Source of the DNA: Amoebidium appalachense
Taxonomy: Eukaryota > Protista > Ichthyosporea
Direction: 5' to 3'
DNA: 64,000 nt
Assembly: GCA_963693365.1 (NCBI GenBank)
Contig: CAVNZM010000004.1
Location: forward strand, 13,315,088 to 13,379,087
Part shown: one piece after another, positions 49,109-60,194 of the stretch
How the letters are laid out: each line of letters opens with the position of its first letter
Numbering within the stretch: the first letter of the stretch is position 1
Made by a program: the position numbers and the translations under genes
The notes under the pieces: model-generated
Told to the model about the DNA's origin: nothing
Database searches by the model: none
Seen by the model: only the letters and a program-made list of their open reading frames with translations

Positions 49109-50796
49109 CGGGTGCTCCTTCCTTGCCTATGTTTCCATATACCATCACTCACGTCTTTTTAAGCAAACAGTTACCACTGCCATCCCTACCATATGCACCT
49201 GTGCATGCACTGCTTCGCATTTCCCACTTTCCCTCGCTCTTTCTCTCCCAATCTCCACTTCTTTCCCTCCCTCCCTCCCCTCCTCCTTTTCTCTCTTTGC
49301 CTCCTTCCCTTCTTCCCCTTTCCCCCCCCTCCCCCCCCTCCCCCTTCCCCCACCCCTGTCCCCCCCTAACACCCTCCCCCCACCCCCACCCGTCCCCCTG
49401 TCCTCTCTTCTCTCTCGCTCTCGCTCTCTGTCCCCCCAACTCCCCCTTCAACATGCACACACATACACCCGCACAGTGTGTTTGCACTTCGTGCTGTGTA
49501 CCACTTCAAACCTCACCACCACCACCAACAGCAACACACGCACACACGTTGCAGTGTTCACTGCCCACACACATGACTTACCTTTGCATACACAAGTTCC
49601 ACGGTGTCCGGACACGTGCCTTAATTTGTACTCGCCCATGCACCTTTTTGTGCGACAATGTGTGCAGATCTGTGCGTACGTGTGGATTTTGTGTTCGTGT
49701 GCTGCGGGGTGCGTGTTTGTGTGAGATTCACAGGCACCCGTTCACTCGTACGACATTGCTGAGCTCTGTGGTCACTTCTTACCACAATCCCCCGTCTCCT
49801 GAGTTCCTATCTATATTTTTCTTGCTTCTGCTTACTGCTGCAACTTTAACCCCCGGCCTTTCCCACTGCCCTTGCCTGCATAAGCAACCCTGCTCGTCTC
49901 TGATCAAGACGGGTGACCTACTCATGTTCAAGTGAAACAGTATCTGAGTTGGGTTTCGTTAACGAGGGGAATAGGTCGAAACTCGGGTACTGTGGATGAC
50001 GTGGGCCCCCCCTGAGGATGGGCTCTGCTTATTATGCATACTCTTTATGTATGGCTTGCATTCTGCATCGTGTTATCCGTTTGTTCTTGTGTACTTCGTA
50101 CTTTTTGACGCATTCAAAACCCCCCCCCCCCCCCTGATGATGGGCTCTGTTCAAGTGTCTTCTGCCTGCACGCTTAAATTGTTTGATTTTGGATTTCCCA
50201 CCTTTGTGACGCTTTGTTTGTTGCTCTTTGTTGTCTCGTCCATATTTCCAACCCTCTAACACATACATCACCCCCCTCGGGACTTAATTCTTTTCAGCTG
50301 GTGTAGTATGTTAGCCAGGGAAGTATCGACTTAGGTATCGACGGGGGAGCTTCCTAGAAGCCCCGTCTCCTGAGTTCCTATCTATATTTTTCTTGCTTCT
50401 GCTTACTGCTGCAACTTTAACCCCCGGCCTTTCCCACTGCCCTTGCCTGCATAAGCAACCCTGCTCGTCTCTGATCAAGACGGGTGACCTACTCATGTTC
50501 AAGTGAAACAGTATCTGAGTTGGGTTTCGTTAACGAGGGGAATAGGTCGAAACTCGGGTACTGTGGATGACGTGGGCCCCCCCTGAGGATGGGCTCTGCT
50601 TATTATGCATACTCTTTATGTATGGCTTGCATTCTGCATCGTGTTATCCGTTTGTTCTTGTGTACTTCGTACTTTTTAACGCATTCAAAACCCCCCCTCC
50701 ATGAGGTTGGGCTCTGCATGTGATGCATATTTTGTGTGTCCTTTGCAAAACTTGCATTGTTGCCCTTCATTGATGTGTACATCGTACTCTGTGACA

Positions 50797-50873
<77 letters not shown>

Positions 50874-51248
50874 CCCCCCCCCCCCCCTCCCCCCTCCCCC
50901 CTCCCCCCCCCCCCCTCCCCCCCCCGCCACACACACTCACACACACATACACACACACCTCTGTTTCGGCCTCTTGGTGTTTCGATTGCTGACTTACCTG
51001 GGTGGGCCAGGCCGAAACCTCTGAGCCGTCGCTCTCATTCGGCAGCTTCAACCAGGAGGACCTCATGGAGACGGAAATGAGTGCTGTGGTGTTGTTGCCG
51101 CCAAGCGAGGGCTCGGTGCTGGTGGACTTTGGCTCGTGGACCCACGAGGAGTCGCTTTTCTACCAGCAGGCCCACTGTGCAGACCTGGAGGTGAGTTGCT
51201 TTTTGGCCTCCTTCAGCGGGCGGGGGGAGTTTGATGTGTATTGTGGTT

Positions 51249-51283
<35 letters not shown>

Positions 51284-54200
51284 GGGGGGGGGGGGGGGGG
51301 GGGGGGGGGGGGCTGAAGGTACGTTCTTGGGTGTGCGTGCTTAAGTAGGGCATGAACAAGACAGATGACTAATAAAGCTAGTTTGGGGCGGATTTTCTTT
51401 GTGCTGTACTTGTTTGACGTGTGCAGTTAGCATGCGTGGCATCAGGCACAAATATCCAGTGAGCATTTGTTTGTGGCCCATACGACTCAGTGCACTCACA
51501 CCACACTGTCTGCAGCTGTTCACGGTTGAGTATGTTGCAGCCGTCAGGGATGACCGACCCACCCCGGTGCCTGTGCCTGCCCCTGTGGCCCCCCGGGCCA
51601 CCGAGGCACCCAAATCCGTGAAGGAGGACGTCCCGGCCAAACCGGCACCAGTGCCCAGTGAGCCTGCAGTGGTGCCCGTGGCTGCTGTGCCCCCGAAGGA
51701 GCCCGAGCACCCAAAAATAGCAGCACCACCCAGCCCTAAGCCTGCCGTTGAGAAGGAGGTTGCCGAGCGGAAGTCGTCGATTCCAGCCCCTGTGGTGGTG
51801 TCCACACCCCCAGCAGCCACGGCACCGAAAGATGCGGTGGTGGAAAGTGTGGCTGTGGAGGTGGTGGTCGAGCAGAAGACGGTGCCAATCCCGGCCGAAA
51901 AGGTGGGTTTGCCCTCTGTGGCCCAGGCAGATGCTGGGGCACAGGCGGCACAGGCGGGGCCCACGGCGCATGCACAGGGCCACCATGCATACCCTATGGC
52001 CAGACACCCACCAGCCACCGAGCAGCAGCACCCACAGCCCAATGGCCATGCACAACCCCACAAACAGTCGGTGGGTGAAGCCCAGGTAGAAAAGGCTGTG
52101 CCCATTGAGGTGGTGGCTCACAGCGAACCACCAAAGTCCCCTAAGCCGTCGAAAGGAAAGGAGAAGAAGGAAGTAGCTGCCGAACACCCCAAGCCACACC
52201 AAGACACACACAGAGCGAAGGAGCACACAGATTCGAAGCCCAAAGCGGCAACAAAACAACCGGCGTTACCTGAACCTGCACCCCAGCCACCCCACCCAGC
52301 CAAGCAACCAGAAACGCCAGCAGCGGCCACTGCGGTGGCACCTGAACAGACACCATCAGCCAGCGAGGCCAAGCCAGGGCGCGATGGGCATGCAGCACCC
52401 ACACACCCCAAGGCCAGCAAGCCCGAGGACCACAAACCTGAGGCACCTGCACCAGCCAAACCGGCGGCCCACCCCGGTGACAGGCAGGGGGCACAGCCAC
52501 CCCGCCCAGCACATGCACATGGGCGGCCACAGGGGCACGCACACGGCGCCCATGCACACACACACACCCCGGCAAAGGGGGCGGAGGCTAGTGGGGTGGT
52601 TGGTGCAGGGGGGATGCCCAAGCACACGGCAGGGACGAGCACAGGGCCAAGGGGCCCACCAAGAGGGATGGCCCTGTGAAGCCACCATCAGCCCCTACAG
52701 CAGGGGCCCAGCCAGTGGCGCCGGGTGGGCCCAGGGCCAGGCCTCAGGCACCGAGTGCAGGCCAGGAGCCCAAGCAGGCCTGGGGCAGGGCTGCTGCCGT
52801 GGCCCCAGCTACCACCCAGCCCCAGTCTGCCTGGGGTAGGCCCCCAGCAGCGGCACCAGCCAAAGCCACCCCTGAGCCACCTGCAGCCAAGGAGGAACCT
52901 GCACCCCCAGCTCCTACCCCAGCCCCCAGCACCCCCCAGCCATCACAGCCCGCACCCACGGCCAGCCCCACATGGGGAGCAGCTGCACGTGCCCCTGCAC
53001 AAACCACTGCAGCCCCCCGCCACCGCACAGGCCCCACCCCCCGTGGCCCCCCACCCTCCACGGGGGCACCCAAACCACCCCCACCCACCTCCTCATCCCC
53101 TGCCCCACGGCCGGCCGCCACGCCGTCATCACCAGGGCCGCAGGCCGATGGTGGTGCAGGGGCACCTGGGGCCGGCCGTGGTGTGGCCACCCCGCCACCA
53201 CAGAGCCCCCAGGCCGGCAATGCCTGGCGCAGCGGGTCCCCCAGCATCATGTCCTCCCCGGCCCCACTCAAGGCCTCACCGGCATCGGCCAAGGCCCCCC
53301 AGCCTGCCCCTGCTGCATCACCTGCACCCACCCCTGCCCAGGCACCGGCACCGGGCCAGGCCAAGTCTTCCTGGACATCGCTGTTTCCTACAAACAATGC
53401 GGCTGCCTCCCGGTCGGTGGGGGGCCAATGCCAAGACAGGTGTGTGAATGCTGCCGGGTCGGCCACAGTTGGTTCTGTGTCCTGCTGTACAGACCTGCAT
53501 GCAGTGTGGGCATGTAGCATTCAGTCGCTGTTGGGGCCGGCTTGGTAAAGGGCATGTTGCGAGTGTTGCATTCAGTGGGCTGGTTGGTGTTGGCACAATA
53601 CCAAGGGTCACATTTCTTTGCAGCCTGTCCCCTTTCCTTTTCCCCGCTATTGCCAATGTTCTTCTATTTCATGCTGTTGCTGTTAGTTGACCAATGGCGC
53701 CCCACCACAGACGCACAGGGGGTGCGCACAATAAGCACGAGTCCATGGCCGAGCTGCTGAGGGACTACAAGCCCGAGGAACACTTTGTGCCTGCAGCATA
53801 TGAGCCTCGGGGCCTGGTCAACACCGGCAACATGTGCTACATACATTCGGTGCGTGTGCTGTGTGTGCCTGCATTGGGGGGCTAGTGGGTCCAAGATGGA
53901 TGTGGGGCATAGAGACACAAAGAAACAAAATCCCTGTGACTCATATACGAGCCAGTTAGGGTAGTTATGACAACTAGGGTGAAGAACATTGGTTTGTGCA
54001 CGTGTGATGGTATGGGGATGGGTGGTGCCTAACCTCGTGTGTTGCTGTGCAGATTCTGCAGACGATGGTTGGGTGCCGGCCCATGGCCGGGCTGCTGAAG
54101 GAGCTGAGACAGATGCAGGCCCTGCCCCGGTTGGGTGCTGAGAACGAGAACAGGGCCACCCCAGTCCTGGACTGCATGTACGTGCAGAACACCAGGGTGG

Positions 54201-54318
54201 AAGGGGTGGAGCTCCGGGGGCCCGCGGGGAGGGGGAGGGGGGTAGGGGGGTGGAGGTGTTAAATGTGTTTAGAGTACAAAATACACATCATAGCAAACAA
54301 ACTCGGGGAGGTTTTTTT

Positions 54319-54374
<56 letters not shown>

Positions 54375-55784
54375 AGGGGGGGGAGTTCGGTAGGATGTGT
54401 GATAGGAAGTGGGGTGTGAAGATGTTCTTGTTGTGTGGGGAGGAAATGTTTTCTGACTGTTGGAACTTCACAGGATGCAGTTTTTCGGCGAGCTGAAGGG
54501 TGCGGATACGAAGGAGACAGGTGAGCTAGCAATACTTCTGTGTGTCTTGACATCCTTGTTAGCTGCAAATTTTCATGGAACCGGTTTGTTGGTGGTGATA
54601 AAACAGGATAATTTGGATAAATTGTTGTTTGTTGCAATCTGTTTCAACTCTCTTATGATCTGTTAGATATAACTGTTCAAGGCCAGTGCATGTGTGGTAG
54701 CAAACATGCTGTAATTGTGTTTACATGGGGGCAGCGCATGTTCATGTGCACAAGTGATGGCTGCTAAAAACTCTGTCACGGTTGTAACTGTGTTGTGCTG
54801 CAGAGGTGATTCACGGCAAGGCTTTTAAGCCCGAGGCGGTATACAAGATGGTAGAGTCGGAGTGGCGCAACGGCACCATCCTCGTATGGGCCCTCCCTGT
54901 GTGTCCCTGTTGGCATTTGCATGGCCTTACCTGTTGACGTTTTGTGGCACTGCCCCTTCTACTGTGTACCACATTGTACAAACGAACACTGATACACTTT
55001 TCCGGCCATTTTCTCCCTTGCACCATTTCTTTTCCGTCTCCGGCTGGGGGCGCTGTAAAGTTTGCTTGGTTTCTTGCATGCTGCTTGCTCGTTGTTTAGC
55101 TTACTGACTCCTTTCTATAAGGATATGCAAAGGCCTCCCTCCTTCCTCCCCTCCTTCCCTACCCTCTTTCCCTCCATCCTTCAAATTCTCCACACTGGCA
55201 CACCGTTACAACGGCATGCACACCTCGTTTGTTCCCCTCCGTGTCTGCATGACCAGCATGCCAGGTACATGGTGCTGAGGTGGTGGGTGCAGGGGCGGCA
55301 AGAGGATGCACAGGAGTTCCTGACCTTCCTGCTGGACCAACTGCACGAGGAGTGCCTGAAGCTGATAAAGCCACTACAGGTAGGTGGGTGGGTGGCGTGG
55401 GTGTGTGTGGCTGGGGGGGGGGGGGGGGGGGGGGGGGTTATGTTCATGGTTTTGGTCTATGGCAGGATGGTCTGCATTGTGTGACTAGGAGTGTGAGGGT
55501 GTGTGTTTGGGTGTGTTGTGTATGCGTGTGCGTGTGCGTGTACAAGCACATTTACACTTGCCTGCACACACACGGGCATACACATGCACCCCCACACACC
55601 TGTGCACACGTCTGTTTACGCTCGTGGCCAGCTTCTGATCATGCACTTGAACGCATAAAGTGCACCAGCAACATGGCACTTTGACAGGCTCTAACCCTCT
55701 CCAATCACTTAGTTCTCTTTGTCTCCATGTGGCCCTGTTCTTGCAGAGAGCAAGGCCGGAGGCGGTGTGAAGGTCATTCGGTGG

Positions 55785-55869
<85 letters not shown>

Positions 55870-56360
55870 CGGGGGGGGGGGGGGGGGGGGGGGATGTTGC
55901 TGTATGCAATGTGTTCCTGCCGTTTATGTTGGGTGGAGTTGTGTGTGTGTCTTTGCTGGTGGCTGGTGAAGGGCACATTCCTGGTCTTCCCGCTAAATGT
56001 TGTGCCATACCTTTTACAGAAGCCCAATGGAGAGGTGAAGCACCACGATGAGGAGGACTCGGCAGAGTGGGAGGAGGTTGGGCCGCGTCAGAGAACAACA
56101 TATGCCCGCCATGTAAGTGCCCCACTACTAGCCACTGGGCCTGCTTGGAGAAACATGTGTGGGGGGTTGCATCCTTCCCCCCCCCCCCCCTCCGCCCCTC
56201 TCCCCTGAGCCCGCCCATGGGCCCGGCAGGGTTAAAGCGCCGACTTGCACAAAGATCCCCCTGTGTTTATTTCCTGCGCGGTGGTCGTGCTCTTATGCAA
56301 TTTATACTTCCTCTCTCTCTCTCATGTCAATCTCTCTCTCCCTCTCTCTCCCTCTCTTCC

Positions 56361-56394
<34 letters not shown>

Positions 56395-57083
56395 ACCCAC
56401 CCAACCTGCCCCACCCCTTTGCCACTATGCTACGTACTTTTGGAGCTGCTATTTAACTTTTTTTTTGTTTGTTTTTTTTTTTTTTTTGGTGGGGGGGGGG
56501 GGGGGGGGGGGGATGTGTGTGTTTTGTGGGTTTGGAGGGTGGGGAGGGGGGGGGGGGGGGGGGGATGGGGTTAGCCTGTTTGTGGGTGCTTTTATGTTCC
56601 GTCGGGATGATGCAACACACATGCTCACATGTCACGTGCAGAACCAAATGGACAGCAGCCCCATCTCGGCCATCTTCAGCACCCGCATGCGGTCCATGCT
56701 CAAGATCCAGAACCAGCCAAAGTCCTCCACCACCTACCAGCCCTACAACTCCCTGCCCCTGGACATCCAGGTACCTGTGTTTGGTTCTGCTGCTTGTGTG
56801 GTACATTTGGCTCGGTAGTCGTTGCCAGCATATGCCTGTGGCTCTTTGTGGCTCTTTCTAACTCCCACCACCACCAGTCTCCCGAGGTCCGGGACGTGAC
56901 GCATGCGCTGGCGCACCTATTTGACAAGGAGACGGTGGACGGCTACAAGTGCACAAAGACAAAACAGGAGGTACGTGCCTGCCTGCCTGTGTGTGGGGGG
57001 GATGTGTTTTAGATATGGTTGGTAGTTGAGTGGACCGGGGCGGAGGGGGTGTGTGAGAGGGGGTGTGGGGTGTGTGTGTGCGT

Positions 57084-57114
<31 letters not shown>

Positions 57115-58009
57115 GGAGGGAGGCGGGATGTTGGGGACTAGGGGGGGGGGGGGGGAGGGAGGGAGGGGGGTATATTTGTGTTTGGAAGAGGGAGGGGGTT
57201 AGGGGGGGGAGGGTTAGTGTGTCAGGCAGGGCTGTGACGGTGTATTGGGGGCAATAGCTGCAGGCCAGCAAGCAGAGTGCGCTGGAGGACCTGCCGCCCA
57301 TCCTGATCCTGCACCTCAAGCGCTTTGTCTACGACATGCAGCGCAGCACAACCCTCAAGGTCCACAAGGCCGTCACATACCCCATGAACCTGGTTATCTC
57401 AAAGGGTAAGGGCGTGTGTGGAGGCATGGTGGTGGTGTGTGTGTTGTGGTGCTAATGTGGTTCGGCGCAGATCTGCTGTCGAGCACGGCGCAGGTCAGAA
57501 TACCGCCGGAAGGCCGCACCTACAGACTGTTTGCGGTGGTCTACCACCACGGCAAGGTATGTTTAGGAGCCTGACCCCCCCCCTTCCCCCCTCCCCTCTC
57601 CTCTCTCTCTCCCTCTCGCTCTCACTCTCTCCCTCATATACTACAGGCGCACACACAGCAAGTACGTATAGACTAAGTTGTTGGCTGTGTCCTGCTGCTA
57701 TTATACAGAGTACCTTTGTCCCCCAAAGCATGTGGCGATATCATGTGTAACTTAACTGTTTTTCTTTGCGCCATTATCCCCCTGTTTCTGCTGTGGCCTT
57801 TGCATTATGTTGACCCGTGGTGTGGTGTGCAGGACACGAATGGGGGCCACTACACGTGCGACGTGCAGATGCCCGGCAGGGACATGTGGCTGCGCTATGA
57901 CGACACTGACGTCACAGAGGTCCAGGCCAATGACGTCACTAAACCCGTCATGGGCAGGGACGCTTACCTGCTTTTCTACCAGAGGGCCGATTTGTGTAAG
58001 GGGCAGTAG
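48191..58009 (+). CDS. USP10: Ubiquitin carboxyl-terminal hydrolase 10 (USP10/Ubp3 family); apparent 1-nt frameshift in the long exon
   Basis: Exons 48191-48193 (ATG only, tentative), 51011-51190, 51516-53412, 53711-53849, 54053-54177, 54474-54520, 54804-54883, 55293-55379, 56020-56112, 56642-56770, 56878-56970, 57258-57405, 57471-57556, 57833-58009. Cys box PRGLVNTGNMCY, GRQEDAQEFL, EWEEVG, LHLKRF, His box VVYHHG...GGHY, AYLLFYQR; N-terminal FGSF...VLLPP and KSSWTSLF. Confidence 0.93.
49789..50134 (+). mobile_element. C-tailed LINE family subfamily A, 3' fragment, copy 1
   Basis: Nearly identical to 50361-50697 (offset 571); starts in a C run and ends GACGCATTCAAAA(C)n; in USP10 intron 1. 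Confidence 0.88.
49877..50038 (+). ncRNA. Conserved pseudoknotted RNA element in the LINE 3' UTR (also 50448-50609 and, diverged, 30448-30604 minus)
   Basis: Helices read directly: 49881-86/50026-31, 49893-99/49907-13, 49914-20/49972-78, 49937-50/49980-93 (crosses the previous helix), 49955-66 palindrome, 50003-08/50020-25; compensatory changes in the subfamily B copy. Confidence 0.68.
50271..50801 (+). mobile_element. C-tailed LINE subfamily A copy 2 (50271-50697) followed by an older diverged 3' remnant (50701-50801)
   Basis: Bounded by C runs at 50271 and 50691; then ATGAGGTTGGGCTCTGC...GTGTACATCGTAC...GACACGTTC, a decayed version of the same 3' end. The 5' limit at 50271 is inferred from the C run. 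Confidence 0.8.
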
Positions 58010-58825
58010 TGGGTGTATGTAATGTGTATATTATCTGCTGGGTTTTCATATAGTGGATGGTGATTGATGCATCTGGGTGGTGGGTTTTACATGTTTGATG
58101 GCTTGGTTGGGGCAATGGGGGAATGGCATGGTTTGGTTTCGATTGCAAGGCAGGCAGGTGTCTTGCTATTCTCGATGTTGTGTTTTCGATGGGAAATTAT
58201 TACAGATATGTTCCGACCTGATTAGTATGTTTCTCGGCTCTCCACATTCAAGCATGATGTAGGTGCAAAGTACTGTAGCTTTGCGCTTTTCTGCTTTGAA
58301 CACATACAGACATGCATACACCTGAGCACACATGATTCAGAACGCTTCCGTGCGCGTTGTGCACACACACACACACATTGAGACACACGGCTGTACGACG
58401 TTAGTGCCCGATGTTTCTTGCAGGCCGTGCCTAGCCAGATCAGTGACACAGCATTATTTATTGCCATACACATGGTTTCCGTTAGCGTTTGTGATTTCCG
58501 ATACGTTAGGCAAGTCTTCGAATTGCTATGTATTTACGAACTCTGCTGATGTTGTTTTGATGGTTTGTCTGGATGAAAGTAGCATGCATAGTGGCTTGGC
58601 CTCTGCTTGTCAATGGCTCTCGTTTGCTTTCAGGGTAGGCATTGAATGGCTGAGGCCCAAGCAAATAAACGATGTGCAATCCTCGTAACCATTTGTGTTG
58701 CTGGCCCAAGGATCGAGGTTCTCTGTGTTGACAAGGTGTGTGTTGTGTGTGAGTTTTGTAATTTTTTTTTGGACGAGTGGGTTAGGGGGGAGAGAGAGGT
58801 GGTGGTGGTCCATGGTGTTGGTCAC

Positions 58826-58864
<39 letters not shown>

Positions 58865-59869
58865 CCGTAATGAGTTACGAAGTACATACATACATTTCTG
58901 ACGATACATTGCAAGGGGGGTATGTATGCATTTGAGAGCAGGGACGGTGTGCAACATCTTGCACAGCATATGTTTCACAACACGTGTGCACAGGTGTGCA
59001 GCATGTGAGAGCGGATGGATCTGTGTCACGTGTGTGGGTTTCGAGAGGGTATGTGATAGCATCAACCACACACGTGATGGCATTTATGCTTAATATAGTC
59101 CACCAGACACCACAATCATAAGGCTAACAGATCTTCATTTCTTAAATCACATGATCTCACCAGGAGACCAACAAATTCGTTAAGAGTCAAAGATGAATGC
59201 ACATCGTTAGCAATCACGATTGAGGGAACGTAAACATATGTACAGTTGTAATATACTACACCCCTGGTTGGCTAGAGATATAGTCCCTTAATTGAAGAAA
59301 AAGGCTGAGTGCAACACTACACACATTGCTCCCCTAGGATGTAAGTGTGTGAATGTGTGTGCCGCAGCGCATGTGTGTGTGTGTGAGTATGTAAATATGC
59401 GTGCCGCAGTGCGTGTGTGCGCGCCTGCGCCTGTGTGTGTCCAGGTGTACATGTATGTTTCCACATGTGTCTAAGTGCCCTTGTGAAACGTGTGTGTGTG
59501 TGTATGCATCTAGATGTGTTTGTTCTGTTTTTGTGTCCACAGGAATACTGGGGTATGAGCTTGATGAAAGAAGTCACACATGAAAAGTAAGGTGGGTGTG
59601 AATGTGGAAATGAAGAAAACCCCGAGAGAGTGCTTTCCAAAATCCTAACAATAGCAAAGACATCGCCCTGGTGAAAAAACCACACCGGCAAGGTAGAAGT
59701 GGGTGTTACCAGTAATTACATATGTTCTCGCTGCTTCCGTAAATCCAGATAATAATCAAGGCACCATTTGACACAACAGGGTCCACATATGCCCACACCT
59801 CCATAGACCCAATCACGTGTCATCACACACACCCTCAGTTGAATGGGACACCTGACCATCCGATTCGGG

Positions 59870-60162
59870 TCAGCTTTGTGGTTTTTGCTGACCCGGCCCG
59901 GGCTGTTGGTCAGCCGCCATCATGGCCTCGAGCCTCTTTCTGAGCTCAATCTGCTCTTCCAGCTCCTGCCTGTTGCGCCGTTTCCTCTCCTCCCTCTCTG
60001 CCTGAAGCTCTTGCTCCCGCAGAATCCCTGCCCTCATTCTCTGCAGATGTGTGCACATAATGTTAAGCGCGCACTGTGGCAAATCGAACCGTTCCCACTC
60101 TCCTCTCCCTCATCACACCAGGAAGCACCTCCTGCCCTCTGCCTCTCCCCTCCCTCCCCCCC

Positions 60163-60194
<32 letters not shown>

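Noticed and set aside
49884-50031. Faint resemblance to 16S rRNA words (GCAACCC, GGATGACGT, GGCCC...GGGCT)
   Set aside because: Only short scattered matches; spacing and predicted structure differ from rRNA.
49995-50035. Possible SECIS or C/D box pair (ATGAC...CTGA)
   Set aside because: No matching 3' GA quartet or apical AA, and no in-frame UGA selenoprotein nearby.
49977-50150. Hammerhead-like words CGAAAC (49977), CTGAGGA (50012) and CTGATGA (50134)
   Set aside because: Stems II and III cannot be formed in any hammerhead topology; no GAAA follows 50134, and the CTGAGGA lies in a different hairpin loop.
51341-53520. Long antisense ORFs opposite the USP10 exon
   Set aside because: Shadow ORFs of a GC-rich Pro/Ala-rich coding exon.
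55747-55772. Possible USP10 micro-exon
   Set aside because: Several phase options and not needed for frame; cannot be decided without transcripts.
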